Positions 23,801 through 37,960 of a stretch of 64,000 bases of DNA are shown here, piece by piece. Below the pieces are notes generated by a model, which was not told the origin of the DNA, did not search any database, and saw nothing but the letters and a program-made list of their open reading frames with translations. Position numbers and translations under genes: made by a program. Source of the stretch: Felis catus (taxonomy: Eukaryota); assembly GCF_018350175.1 (NCBI RefSeq), contig NC_058368.1:87484001-87548000 (forward strand), given 5' to 3'. Each line of letters opens with the position of its first letter. Within the stretch, counting starts at the first letter, position 1.

Positions 23801-26035
23801 GCTTATTTATTTATGTATGTATGTAAGTTTCTTTATTTTGAGAGAGAGAGAGAGAGAGAAAGCAGGGGAGGGGCAGAGAGAGAGAGAGAGGAAGAGAGAA
23901 TCCCAAGCAGTTTCCACACTGTGGAGCCCAATGTGGTGCTCCATCCCACAAACCCACGAGATCATGACCTGAGCTGGACACTCAATCGCCTGAGCCATCC
24001 AGGCGCCCCCGTGATCTCTAACTTATAAATGAGGTGTGACACATTAGTTGTGGCTTATTTGTTTGTGCCAGTGGATGTCTGGTTCCAGCCCCATCTGTTG
24101 GAAAGGTTTTCGGGGCTCCTGGGTAGCTCAGTGGGTTTAGGGTCTCACTCTTGACTCTGGCTCAGGTCATGATCTCACAGTTCGTGAGATCGAGCCCTCC
24201 ATCAGGATCTGTGCTGTCAGCATGGAGCCTGCTTGGAATTGTCTCTCCCTCTCTCTCTCTGCCCTCCTCTGTGCTCTCTCAAAATAAGGAAGTAAACATT
24301 TTTTTTTTTTAAAAGAAGATTTTCTTCCCTCCATTGAATTGCTTTTGCTCCTTCGTCAAACATCACTCGAGGGGCGCCTGGGTGGCTCAGTTGGTTGAGC
24401 GTCCGACTTTTGATTGTGGCTCAGGTCATGATCCCAGGGCCTGAGATCTATCCCCACATCCATGCTGGGTGTGGAGCCTGCTTAAGATTCTCTGTCTCTC
24501 TTTCCGCTTCAGCCCTTTCGTGCACACACTCACACTTTCTCTCTCTGTAAAAAAAGCAAAAACTCTGTTGAGCATATTTCTATAGGTCTGTTCCTGGGTT
24601 CTTTACTCTGTTTCATCGACCTAGGTCTGTCTCTACTGATACCGCACAGCTTTGATTACTGCGGCTATTTTCTAAGTCTTGGAAGTGGCGGCCTTGATTC
24701 CTCCCATTGTATTGTTTTCAGAAATTACTTCAGCTGTTTTAGTCCCTTTGTAAAATTTCTTTGTAAATTTTAGAATAATCTTGTCCATGTCTACAAAGAG
24801 TCTTACAGAGATTTCGATAGGAATTTTGTTTAGCCTGTATATCCATTTGGGGAGCATTGACATTTTCACCCATCTGAGTCATTCTGTCTGTGAATGTGGG
24901 ATGCCTCTCCATTTACTTCTTTCTTTCTCTCTTTTTTTTTTTTTAAGATTTTTTTATTTTTATTTTTTTTAAGTAATCTCTGTAGCCAGTGTGGGACTAA
25001 AACTCACGACCTCGAGATCAAGAGGTGCACACTTCCCCAACTGAGCCAGTGGGCACCCCTCCATTTACTTACTTCTTTGATTTCTTTCATTAGTGCTGTG
25101 TGCTCCTTAGCTTGTAAGTAGCTGTGCACGTTTTGTTAAATTCATACCTAAGTACTTCATTTTTTGAGCAATTATAAATGATACTATTTTTTTTTTTTAA
25201 TTTTGATTTCTAGTATAAGACATGTAGTGGAAGGGAGCCTGAGTGGCTCAGACAGTTAAGTGTCTTGATTTTGGGTCAGGTCATGATCACAGGGTAATGA
25301 GTTCAAGCCCTGTATCAGGCTCGGCACTGACATTGTGGAGCCTGCTTGGGATTCTCTCTCCCTCTCTCTGCCACTCTCCCCTGCTCATGCGCACAGGCTT
25401 TCTCTGTCCCAAAATAAATAAATAAACTTAACAACAACAACAAAAAGAAATGCAGTTGGTTTTTTTGTATGTTGATTTTGTATTCTGTGACCTTGCTGGA
25501 TTGACACATTGTTTAAGGAGGGATTTTTGTTGGTTTGTTTTTAAATAGAGTCCTCTAGATTTTCTATGTAAACCATCATGCTATCTGCAAATAAAAACTT
25601 TTATTTCTTTCCAATTATATGCTTTTATATCCTTTTCTTGCTTCATTCGGCTGGTGAGGACTCTGATCATGTTGTTGAAAAGCACTGATGAGAGCAGATG
25701 TCCTTGTTCCCAATCTTAGAGAGAAAGCATTCAGTCTTTCACCATTTGGTATGTTAGCTGAGGGATTTTTGTAAATTCTCTTTATCCACTTGAGAAACCT
25801 CCTCAATTCCTGTTTCTCTGGAGTTTTTATCATGGGTGGTTATTGAATTTTGTCCAATGTTACATGTTTTTGTTTCCATTGATCACATGAATTTTCTTGT
25901 GACTCTTAATATTGTGGGTTATGTTTATTGATTTTTGAATATTGAACCGGCCTTGCCTCCCTGGAATAAACGTCTTCTTGCCATGGAATAAACGTCTTCT
26001 TCTGTTGATATATTACTGGATTTTATTTGCTCTTA

Positions 26036-26335
26036 CAGTTGAACATTGAACACATGAATTTGAACTGTTTGTCCACTTATACGAAGATTTTTTTTTGACA
26101 AATGCAGTACTTTAATGTATTTTCCTTGCGATTTTCTTAATAATGATCTCTTTTGTCACTTTATTGTAAGAATGCAGTGTATAATACATATAATATACAA
26201 AATATGGGTTAACTGTTTATATCATCGGTAAGTTTTCCTTATGGTAAAGAGCAGGTGATTAGTAAAGTTTTGGGGAAGTCAAAAGGTATACATGGATTTT
26301 CTGTTGTAGTGGGGGACTTGTTCAAGAGTCACCTG
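26036..26335. mobile_element. Tigger2-like non-autonomous DNA transposon (Tc1/mariner-pogo)
   Basis: Terminal inverted repeats CAGTTGAACATTGAAC / GTTCAAGAGTCACCTG, preceded by TA; internal AGTTTTGGGGAAGTCAAAA motif. Confidence 0.8.
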
Positions 26336-27230
26336 CATTTTAAGAATTTCCGTATCTATACTCATGGGTGAGTATGGTGAATCAGGAAGTGTCCCCTTTT
26401 ATTTTCTAAAAGAGATTGTTTAGAATTGGTTTTATTTATTTGTTTATTATTTTTTAAATGTAATTTTAGAGAGAGAGAAAGAGAGTGTGCATGAGGTGGT
26501 GAGGGACAGAGAGAGAGAATCCCAATCCGGGGGTCCATGCTCAGTGCAGAGCCCGACCTGGTGCAGAGCCCGACCTGGTGCTCAATCTCACGACCCTGGG
26601 GTTGTGACCTGAGCTGAAAACCAAGAGCCAGAAACTCAACCCTGGGCCACCCAGGCGCCCCTAGACTTGGTTTTGATTCTTCAACATTTGGTAGAATACG
26701 ATAGTGGAACCATATGAATGAGAGATTTTGTCGGGGTGGGGGGAAGTGGTATTTTAATTATAGAGCCAACTTCCTTAATGGTTACAGAGCTGTTCATGTG
26801 ATCTGATGGTGGTTGAGTTTTGGTAGTACGCGCTTCTCAAGCAGTTGGCTCATTTCATTGAAGTTGTCAAATGTATTGCATGTAGACTTTCTTGTGGTGT
26901 TCCTTTATCGTTTTGGTATGGGCATGGTCTGTGCTATTCCGGTTTCATTTCTGATACTGGAAATTTGTGTTTTTTCTCTCTCTCTTTTTTTTCTGTTTAA
27001 GTCTTGTTAGAGGTTTTCACTTTCACTGACCTTTTCAAAGAACTAGTTCATTGTTTCATTGGTTTTTCTTTGTTATTTTCCTGTTTTCAGTTTCGTTGAT
27101 TTCTGCTCTCATCTTGACTGTTTTCTTCTTCCTACATGCTTTGGGTTTATTTTACTGTTTGCCTTCTAGGTTCGTGAGGTGGGAGCTTCAATTATTGATT
27201 TGAGACTTTCCCTCAAATGTAAGCATTTTT

Positions 27231-27740
27231 TTTTTAATTTACATCCAAGTTAGCATACAGTGCAATAATGATTTCGGGAGTCAAATCCAATGATTCATCC
27301 TCTGTGTATAACACCCAGTGCTCATCCCAGCAAGTGTCTTCCTTAATGCCCCTTTCCCATTTAGTCCATCTCCCCGTCCACAACCCCTCCAGTAACCCTG
27401 TTTGTTCTCCATATTTAAGAGTCTCTTATGTTGTGTCCCCCTCCCTGTTTTTATATTATTTTTGCTTCCCTTCCCTTATGTTCATCTGTTTTGTATCTTA
27501 AAGTCCTCATATGAGTGAAGTCATATGATATTTGTCTTTCTCTGACTGACTAATTCCACTTAGCATAATACCCTCTAGTTCCATCCATGTAGTTGCAAAT
27601 GCCAAGATTTCATTCTTTTTAATTGCCAAGTAATACTCCATTGTGTGTGTGTGCACATGTGTGTATACATACCACGTTTTCTTTATCCATTCATCCATCA
27701 ATGGACATTTGGGCTCTTTCCATGCTTTGCCTTTGTTAAT
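27231..27740 (-). mobile_element. 5'-truncated carnivore L1 with 16-bp TSD
   Basis: ORF2 C-terminal remnant (EPKCPLMDEWIKK...ILAFATTWMELEGIMLS); TSD AAATGTAAGCATTTTT at 27215-27230 and 27741-27756. Confidence 0.9.
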
Positions 27741-28683
27741 AAATGTAAGCATTTTTTAATATAAGCATTTTAGTGCTGTAGATATCCCTCTGAGAACCAC
27801 TTTGGCCGTATCCCACAAGTTACAGTATGATGTGGTTTTACCTTCATTTATTTCAGTGTATTTTTTAATTTCTCTTGAGCCTTCTTTGACCCAAGGATTA
27901 TTTTAAAATGTGGTATTTCATTTCCAAAGGCTTGAAGGTTTTCCCTTTATTTTCTTTTATAGATTTCTGGTTTGGTTCCATTATGATCCAAGAATATACT
28001 CTGTATTTCTTTCAAATTTGTTGGGAGTTTCTCCTCTCCCTCCAGGATTTTGATGACCCAGTGTTTGGTCTGTCTTGGTATAGTCCTGTGCACACGTAAA
28101 AACAGGATATATATTCTGCTGGCGTTGGGTGAAGTGTTTTATAGAAGTTGATCAGAACCTCTTGTTTGGTGGTGCTATCAAGTTACTTTCTTCTTATTTT
28201 CTGTCAGTTGAGAGTGGGATATGGAAGTCAATAGTAATTGATTTGTCTGTTTTCCTTTGAGTTCTGTCAGTTTTTGCCTTGTATATTTTTCAGCTTTGTT
28301 GTTTGGTACATACACATTTAGGATTGCTATGCCTTCATGGACTACCCTTTTATTATATAACGTCTCTAGTAATTTTCTTTGCTCTATCTCATTTGGTATT
28401 AATATACCTACTCTTGTTCCTTTTGATTAATGGTTGTGTAATGTATACTTTCCGTCTTTTTACTTCCAACCTGCCAAATCATCATGTTTGAGGTGAGTTT
28501 CTTTTAGATAGCATATAGTTAGGGGCACCTGGGTGGCTCAGTCGGTTAAGCGTCTGACTCTTGGTTTCAGCTCATGGTCACGATAGCATGGTTCATGAGA
28601 TCGAGCCCCACGTGGGGTTCTGCGCTCACTTGAGAGCCTGCTTTGGGTCTTCTGTCTCCCCCTTTCTGGGCCTCTCCCACTTG

Positions 28684-28722
<39 letters not shown>

Positions 28723-29208
28723 CCCCCCCCCTCAAAAATAAATAAACATAAAAAAATTTAGATAGCCTATATTTGGGTCAGGTTTTTTGTTTTTTATTAA
28801 TTTTAAATATATATTTTAAATTTTTTAAAGTTTACTTTATTATTTATTTGAGGAGATAAAGCACTGGTGGGGGAGGGGCAGAGTGGGTAGGAGAGAGCGA
28901 ATCCCAAGCAGGCTCCATGCTGTCAGCACAGAGCCCAACTCAGGGCTCCATCTCACAAATCATGACCTGAGCCAATACCAAGAGTTAGACGCTTAACGTT
29001 TAACTGAGTGAGCCACCCAGGTGCCCCAGATCAGGTTTTTTAATCCCCTCTGCCAATCGCTGTGTTTTAAGTGATGAATTTAGGGGCACCTGACTGGCTC
29101 AGTTGGTAGAGCATCAGTTCTTGATCTCAGGGTCGTGAGTTCAAACCCCATGTGTGGTATAGAGTTTACTTTAAAAAAAAAAAGTCTTATTTAGACCATT
29201 TATATTTT

Positions 29209-29573
29209 TTTAATTTTTTTTTTTTAATTTACATCCAAATTAGCATATGGTGCAACAGTGATTTCAGGAGTAGATTCCTTAGTGCCCCTTACCCATTTAG
29301 CCCATGCCCCCTCCCCCAACCCCTCCAGTAACCCTCTATTTGTTCTCCATATTTATGAGTCTCTTATGTTTTGTCCCCCTCCCTGTTTTTATATTATTTT
29401 TGCTTCCCTTCCTTTATGTTCATCTGTTTTGTCTCTTAAAGTCCTCATATGAGTGAAGTCATATGATATTTGTCTTTCTCTGACTAATTTCACTTAGCAT
29501 AATGCTCTCCAGTTCCATCCACGTAGTTACAAATGACAAGATTTCATTCTTTTTGATTGCCAAGTAATACTCC

Positions 29574-29624
<51 letters not shown>

Positions 29625-29870
29625 CTTTATCATCTTGTTTATCCATTCATCCATTGATGGACGTTTGGACTCTTTCCATACTTTGGCTATTGTTGATAGT
29701 GCTGCTATAAATATGGGGGTGTACATGTCCCTTAGAAACAACATACCTGTATCCCATGGATAAATGCCTAGTAGTGCAATTGCTGGGTTGTAGGGTAGTT
29801 CTGTTTTTATTTTGGGGGGGGGGAACCTCTATACTGTTTTCCAGAGTGGCTGCACCAGTTTGCATTCCCA
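29209..29870 (-). mobile_element. 5'-truncated carnivore L1 with 17-bp TSD and internal (GT)n expansion
   Basis: TSD TAGACCATTTATATTTT at 29192-29208 and 29871-29887; ORF2 remnant FIAALSTIAKVWK; (GT)n at ~29576-29621. Confidence 0.9.
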
Positions 29871-30034
29871 TAGACCATTTATATTTTAATGTAATTATTG
29901 ACATGCCTTTTTTCCCATTTGTTCTGTTTTTCGTTTCTCTTTTTTTTTTTCTTGCTTTGCTCTGGGTTACCTGAACATTCTGTAGCTTTCCATCTTGACT
30001 TACCTAGTGTGTTGTCAAGTATATGTCTTTATAT

Positions 30035-30753
30035 TGTTAAAATATTCAGTGACACTTGTTACAGATGATAAGGCAGACTTTATTCAGGACCACACGGGGA
30101 ACATGGCAGGGATCGTGCAGTGGAGAGAGCTGGGGCTCACCTCCAAATACAGCAACGGCAAGTGGGAGTTTACAGCCAGGGAGCATGGGGTAGGGAGGTC
30201 TGTGGACAAAACATTACTAGGAGGAGACGTCAGGGATAAGATGGGGTTCCAGCTAAACTGACCTAACAGGATTCTCACCAAAGGTAGGCCACAGACATCA
30301 GACTTCACCTAGGGGTGATGGACAATAAGGAACCTAATCAGGTATCAAGGGTTGGGGTTCTGGTTAAACTGACTTATCAGCGTTCTTACTAAACGTGCGT
30401 TTTGTTTTATATTACACAATTTTAAAAAGTTTTTAAAGGAGTTATTTTTTTTTAATATGTATTTATTTTAAGAGAGAGAGCACGCGTGTGTGTGAGCTCA
30501 GGAGGGACAGAAAGGGAGGGAGACAGAGACTCCCAAGCAGGATCCGTGCCACCAGTGCAGAGCCCAACATGGGGCTCGAACTCATGAACCATGACTGCGC
30601 TGAAATTGAAGAGTCGGACACTCAACCGACTGAACCACCCAGGTGTCCAAAAATGTGTGTTTTATAAGGAGGTGCCTTATAGGAGGGCCACAGATGGCCC
30701 CAGGAGAAGATTCGGGAGCCTGACTAAAGTTTGGTCAATCAAAGAATCTGTCA
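30035..30753 (-). mobile_element. ERV1-class solo LTR (MER31-like) with internal Can-SINE (~30445-30650)
   Basis: TGTTAAA...GACTTTATTCAGGACC...GGAGCCTGACTAAAGTTTGGTCAA...TGTCA. Confidence 0.75.
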
Positions 30754-32307
30754 TGCAGCTTTTTTAGTGATTGCTGTGGGTATTAAATTATGTATGTATG
30801 TATGTATGTATGTATGTATCTATCTATCTATATATATATATCTGTGTGCATATAGATGTATACAGATGTATATGTATTGATTTTATTGATTCAAACCAGA
30901 AATCAATATATCCATATCCAGATATACCTCTGTATTATACATATAGATACAGAGAGAGATATTTATCTTATCACAGCCCTTAACATCCCTTCATTCCCCC
31001 CACCCTTTGTATTAAAAGTGATTAGGGGTTGCCTGGGTGGCTCAGTTGATTGGGTGTCTTGAGTCTTGATTTTGGCTCAGGTCATGATCTCAGAGTCATG
31101 GGGTTGAGTCCCATGTCGGGCTCTGTGCTGAGTGAGCATAGAGCCTGCTTGAGATTCTCCCCCATTTGTGCTCTCTCTCCAAAAAAAAAAAAATAAAGTT
31201 TCTTTTTAAAAAGTGATTTAACTAGTTCCTCTAGATACTTTTTTTTTTGGACAGAAAGAGAAAGAGTGTGCACACGAGCAGGGGAGGAGCAGAGAGAGAG
31301 ATACACACACAGAATCTGAAGCAGGTTCCAGGCTCTGAGCTATCACTATAGAGCCTGACATGGGGCTTGAACTCATGAACCGTAAGATCATGACCTGAGC
31401 CAAAGTCAGGTGCTCAACCGACTGAGCCCCCAAGTGCGCCTCCCAAGATACATTTAGAACTACATCAGACTGTCAGTTACTGAGAAAACTTAAATGGAGA
31501 AGGAAAGCCTAGTGCATCTCCTATTTTTGCTTACCATTTTCTTCCTTTTGGTTCCTTCTCTGGCTTCCTTTCCACTTAGATAATTTCCTTCAGCCTTTCC
31601 TACAGGGTGAGTCTGCTGGTCAAGATGGACTTGGTTGTGATCCATCTGAGAATGCCTGGATCCCTCCATTCCTGCAGGTGTTTTCTCCCGACATGGGCCC
31701 CACGCTGCCCCAATTCCTGTCAGTACTTGAAGCATATGGCCCCCCTCTGCCTGCCCTCCGTGGTTTCTCATCAGAGACGGGGATTTTCTTCCCTCATGTG
31801 GGGAAGCTGTCATTTTCCTCTAGCCACTTTTCAGATTCTGTTTTTGGAAGTTTAATTAGGATGTGTTTTGGTGTGGATTTCCTTGGATTACCTCTTTGGG
31901 GTTGGCTCTGCTTCCTGAATGAGCTGGTCTAACATCTTTTTCCAGGGAAGGGAATTATTGAGGCCTGGTTTCTTGGAGGCGTTTTTCGGCCCTACGCTGT
32001 GCGCCCGTCTGGGACATGTTCTTGCAGTCCCACAGGCACCGGAGACTGTTAGAACATCTCCGCCACAGTTGGCTTTTCCTGTCTTCACAGGTTGGCAGAC
32101 TGTCCTGTGCCCTTCATTCTGCTGTTGAGCTCATCCCTGAGCTCTCAGGTTCTCGGTTCTTGTATTTCCATTTACTTGCGCTTTATATCTTCCGTTTTCA
32201 CTCACTTTGAGATCGTTCTGGTTCTTGGTGTTGCCAGTGATTTTCTTTCTTTCCTTCTTCCTTTCTTTCTTCTTTTCTTTCTTTTTTAATGTTTATTTAG
32301 TTTTGAG

Positions 32308-32352
<45 letters not shown>

Positions 32353-34209
32353 ACGGGGACGAGGAGGGGCAGAGAGAGAGGCAGACACAGAATCCGCAGC
32401 AGGCTCCAGGCTCTGAGCTGTCAGCGCAGAGCTCTACGTGGGACTCGAACTCAGGAGCCTTGAGATCATGACCTGAGCTAAAGTCAGATGCTTAACCAAC
32501 TGAGCCACCCAGGTGCCCCTGACTTTCTATGTTATGTTACGACACTCTGGGTCCCCTTGAAACCTGTTCAGGTGGGTTTTCACTCTGACCCCTGCTTGAG
32601 CAGAAGACCCCTCAGGGTGGGCTGTCCTGTCCTGTTCCTGCCAGGGAGGGAAGGAGTCCAGCCCCCTCCTCAGTCTCCATGGGCACCAGGGAGGGGGGCT
32701 CCTGACTGGGGCAGAGCTCCAACTGACCACTTGGTCTCCCTAGATGACCACAGGTGTGGGGGCAGGCGGGGAGGGGTGAACTGTTCCAGCCAGCAGGACA
32801 GGATTCCTGGCTCCCGCTCAGCCCTTTCGGAGGCCACTACACCCAGCAGTGGGGTGTCAGGATGCCTGGCATCAGCCTCATGAGGGTGTTCGTTTTCTGC
32901 CACAGGAGCAGGCTGGGGGCTGTGGTGTTTTCTGCAGCACTGGGTAGAGGAGAGCAGTGATGCCCGGCTGGCTCAGCTGCTCCTTTCCTGGTCTCGTGGC
33001 TGAGACCACAGGCTTTGTTTGGGTTTGTTTTTCTCTGCACCTGGGGTGGGGAGAGGGGGGTTGTCTCTGGCTTGCCAGCTTCTCTGCGTTCACTTCAAGT
33101 TGGGATGCATGAGACATAAAGAATGAGAGAGCTCGTCACCTTGAGATTCCTCAGGGTCCACGCCAGCCTTCTTCCTCTCCCCATTCAGACTCCCATGTGT
33201 GTTTTATGCATCAAGGGGCTGGGATTTTAGCTATTCTTAGAGGCAGGAATCAGGGAAAAGTAGCTATGTTTTTAAATTGACGTATGTATGTACTCCATCC
33301 ACTCTCCTTATAAAAATTGGCAAGACTGGACACCTGAGTGGGTCAGTTGGTTAAACGTCCCTCTCAATTTTGGCTCAGGTCATGACCTCATAGTTCATGG
33401 GTTCATTATACTCCGTGTTGACAGTGCACAGCCTGCTTGAGTTTCTCTCTCCCCTCCCAAAAATAGACACTAAAAAAAAAAAAAGAAGAAGAATGAGCAA
33501 GATTTAGCACAGGAGTGTGTTACATGTTCCCAGTTCCTGTGAAGATCTTCGAATGTTTTGTTGAACTTGCGCCCAGAGTTACCTGTGCCAGTTTTTTCTC
33601 CCTTGCAGGGATTATGCTGTACATCCTTGCTTCTCCCTGACATGTGAGCATTTCCCCATGAGACAGAAGTCCCCGGGGGTCCCAGGGTGGCTGTGTCAGA
33701 CTGTGTCAGACTCTGTCAGCAAGTAGAGCATCACAGATCCACCACCTGGCCCTGGCACTGGGGTTTGCTTCCATGATGCTAACTTTGTCCACTGTGATTA
33801 GTTCCTATTTCCACTTGGGGTCTGTTCCCAGACACCCATCCAAGGCTAAAGTGAGCAGTTTCTACATCTCCTCCACTTTTGTCTTCAGAATCTGCAGAAC
33901 CAGAACCACACTGCCATCTGAGAGCTCTGATTTCTTTTTTTTTCTTTCAATTTTTTTTAGATGTGTATTTATTTTTGAGAGAGAGAGACAGAGTGTGACT
34001 GGGGGAGGGGCAGAGAGAGAGGGAGACACAGAACCAAAGCAGGCTCCAGGCTCTGAGCTGTCAGCACAGAGCCCAATGCGGGGTTCTAACTCATAAACCG
34101 TGAGATCATGACCTGAGCCAAAGTCGGATGCTTAACCGACTGAGCCACCCAGGTGCCCCTGAGAGCTCTGATTTCTCAACTGTTTACCAACAGGGGCAGT
34201 TACCACCTT

Positions 34210-34960
34210 CAGGGAGAAAAAAAAAAACCTTTTTCCTCCACTCTGTTAGGCTCAGTGCCCCCTGTACATTGAATTGACACAATGCAGAGTCACAGGATTA
34301 AAAAGATTTTTTTTCCTGTGCCTGTGGGTTGCCTCACAGAAATGAAATGAAAACCCCAAGAAGGCAGTCAGATCCGCAGGCTGACTGATGCACCATTTTA
34401 ACCCAAGGCGGTAATTGCAGAGAAGTGACAAGACAGAGGAAAGGGATTGTTAGCTCAGAGGGTTGGTAAATTATGGGAAGGCAAGTATTTGGAGAGTAAT
34501 GGAAAACAAGGGTTACTTGGTCAAGTGTGTTTTGTTGTCTCTGGTCCAGTTCTGTCCTCTCTGGAGATGAAGAGTAATTTTGCCCTTGCGGGTGGGAGAC
34601 CAGGGTGCTTTTCACAGGGAAGCTTCATGTCCTTCATTTAGGCAGATGGGGGAGAGTAGAGAGCTTTTGTTTTGTAAATGTTTATTTTGAGAGACAGAGA
34701 AAAGTATTGTGCAAGTGGGGCAGGGGCAGAGAGACAGAATCTCAAGCAGGCTCTGCACTGACAGAACACACCCTCCACAGGGCTTGAACCCACGAACCAT
34801 GAGATCATGACCTGAACTGAGGTCAAGAGTCACTCAACCAACTGAGCCACCCAGGCGCCCTGGGTAGAGAACTTTCTCTGTGATCCTGTTTCTCAGTTGA
34901 CTGAAAGTCCTAATGCCAAAGTGGCGTATTTGGGATGGACCTTCTAATCCCCTTTGAAAC
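34210..34960. mobile_element. ERV1-type solo LTR with inserted SINE
   Basis: LTR-like text ending ...GCCAAAGTGGCGTATTTGGGATGG...CCCCTTT, similar to the end of the element at 59958-60540; SINE at ~34670-34862. Confidence 0.55.
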
Positions 34961-35469
34961 CAACATCAGATTCTGTCCTGCAAACCCATGGCTTTCTCAG
35001 CTCCATCTTCCATCCTGTGGAACTCGTCTTGGGAGGACAGGCTTCCATCATACCGACCTCTTCTGGGAGCAAAGCCACTTACAGCTTGTTCAAATGCCGC
35101 CTCTCAGGCTCCTCCATAGACCTACTGATGCAGACTGCATCGTTACTGAGATGCCTAGGTGGTTCATAGGCATATGTGAGTTTGAGAAGCCTGTTCCAAA
35201 CTCCTGATTCGACTTCACACATTTTTTAAATACTCTATTAGTTTATTTATTTTTTTTAATGTTTTAATGTTTATTTTTGAGGAAGAGACAGAGCATGAGC
35301 AGGGGAGGGGCAGAGAGAGAGGGAGACACAGAATCCAAAGCAGGCTCCAGGCTCTGAGCTTACAGCACAGAGCCCGACATGGGGCTTGAACCCACAGACC
35401 ATGAGATCATGACCTGAGCTGAAGTTGGGCACTTAAAAACTGACTTGAGTCTCCCAGGCACCCCAAGTT

Positions 35470-36837
35470 TGAATAGTTTTTGACAAGTGTCTGCACTCAC
35501 ATAACTATGACCCCAGTCAACATAGAAAACATCTCCTCTCTATCAAATCCCAGAAATTCCCCTGTGCCCGTTTGCAAGTCCTGCTCTCACACCCAGGCCA
35601 GCCATGATCTCCCTTTTGCCACCTAGATGATTTTCTCTCATTCTAGAATTTTCTGTAAATGGAATCCTACAGTATGTGGTCTTTTGTGCCAGGCTTCTCT
35701 TACTCAGCCCAGTGATTTCAGCGTCACTCACATGTCTATCAATTGTTCCTTTTTTATTGCTGAGTAGTATTCCATTGTACACTGACAGCTGGTTTACCCA
35801 GTCACTTGTCAACCCATATTTGGGTCCTTTCCACTTTGGCCATTATGAGTGAGACTTCTAGAACACTTAATGTCTTTTTGTGGATACAGGTTTTTATTTC
35901 TCTTGGGTGATTATCCAGAAGTGGAATTGTTGTAGGGTAAGGATGTGATTGATTATATGAGAAATGGCTGTTTTCTGTGGTGGTTTACCACTCAACACTC
36001 CTACCTAATGAATGAGAGTTCCTTTTGCTACACATCTTCACCATTTACTGGTATTGTCATTTTTTTTTTTAGAAAAAGTGTATATTTTGTCCATTAAAAT
36101 AGGTATCTTATTATGGTTTTAATTTTCAATTCCCTGTTGACTAATGAAGTTTTTCATCTTTCCATGTGCTGTGGATCATTTCTTTTAATCTTTCATGAAG
36201 TGCCCAAATATTTTCCCTGCTTACTGGGTTGCTTACTGCAGTTTTTTGTTTTGTTTTGTTTTGTTTTAAGTAAGCTCTACACCTAATGTGGGGCTTAAAC
36301 TCATGGCCCTGAGATTGCATGCATACCAACTGAACCAACCAGGCACCCTTCCCCCCCACCCCCACCCCCCCACCATCTTACCGTGTTTCAAGAACTTTGT
36401 AAAATAGGAGTGCCTAGGTGGCTCAGTCAGTTGAGCATCTGATTCTTGATTTCGCTCAGGTCATAATCCCAGGGTCATGGGATTGAGCTCCGTGTCAGGC
36501 TCTGTGCTGAGCATAGAACCTGCTTAAGATTCTCTCTCCCTCTGCCCCTCTGTCCCTCTCCCCTGCTCACACTCTCTCTTTGTCTCTAAAATAAAAACTA
36601 AATTAGGGTGCCTGGGTGGCCCAGTTGGTTAAGCATCCAACTCTTGATTTCGGTTCAGGTCATGATCTCACGGCTTCATGGGTTTGAGCCCCCCATTAGG
36701 CCCTGTGCTGACAGCACAGCGCCTGCTTGGGATTCTTCCGCTCCCTCCCTAGCTGCCCTTCCCCCACTCATACTGTCTCTGTCTCTTAAAATAAATAAAC
36801 TTAAAAAATTTTTTTTAAATTAAAAAGGACTTGTAAA

Positions 36838-36870
<33 letters not shown>

Positions 36871-37960
36871 CTGGATAAAAGTCCTTTGATATATTATTGG
36901 AAATATTTTCTATCACTCTTCTACAGTTTGCCTTTTCATTGTTTTGATGTCTTATGAAGATTGGACATCAGAGGTCCCGTGTTTTTCTTTTGTAATATAT
37001 ACTTTTTATGTCCTAATGAATCTCTGTCTACCCCAGGGTCACACAGAATTTTCTTCTGGAAATTTTATAGTTGTGATTTTTTACATATGGGTCTTTGATT
37101 CATTTCAAGATTTTGTTGTTTTTGTTCTTTGTTCTGGTTTTGGTTGGGGTTTTTTTTGTTTTGTGTTTTTGTCATGAGGTGTGAGGTTTTTGTGTTTTGT
37201 TCTGTTTTTTCAAACAGTTCATTCTATACCACTAATATTACTGATTTTTTTAATGCAACACATTGGATTTTTTTTAATTTTAAAATTAAAATAATATTTT
37301 TCTTTTATAAGAGACACATACATCTGCAATTTTAAATAAGCTGGTTAAAAAAATTAGGAAAAGGAACCATGAGAAAATAGAAAAACGTGCAAACAAAATA
37401 CACGAGGATTTCAAAGAAGACAGATGCAGATTGGCCCATAAACCCATGAGAAAAATGTTCATCGAGAAGAGGGTAGTTCCACTGCTGATTGCTCCTTGCC
37501 CACAGTGTCATTAGAACCGTAGACGTGGCCTTGCCAGGTGTTTGCAAAGATGTGGGTGAACAGTACAGGTGCGTTGCCTGTGGAGTACAGTTGTGGGTAC
37601 CCCACTGGAAGAACAATGTGGGAATATTTAATATTGGGGAAGAGGTGTGTTCATGTCGACCCTGGAGACACTTGTTCGTGGGCAGGGAGACTGATGAGGG
37701 AGTTCATTGGACCGTTGCTCTTAGTAGCAAAGAATTGGGGAAAACCCGAACGTTATTGACAGAACCATACTCTGAAACAAGTCCATGTCCTAGAGCTAGC
37801 TACATACTACACGCTCAGGGCAGTCTTCAGCCACTAGGGAAAAGTGTGCAGAACAAAAGAATCCTCGCGCAATTCTCCCAAACAGTGTGTTCCATGTTGT
37901 TTCACACACATTTTTGCATATATCTCTGAGGATTCCTTAGGAAAATTTCCCAGAAGTAGA
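35470..37960. mobile_element. Old L1M 3' fragments with inserted SINEs
   Basis: AAATGGAATCCTACAGTATGTGGTCTTTTGTG...TTGCTGAGTAGTATTCCATTGT L1M 3'-UTR motifs. Confidence 0.65.

Larger units (their letters stand above)
22090..29950 (-). mobile_element. Fragmented old L1M-type LINE (3' UTR and ORF2 remnants) antisense in ZNF496 intron, punctuated by SINEs, younger L1s and a Tigger
   Basis: T-rich + strand; - strand ORF remnants such as MSMLPKWIYRLNKIPIEIS and KRIYKNPSANIPNGERLNAFSLRLGTR are L1 ORF2-like. Confidence 0.8.
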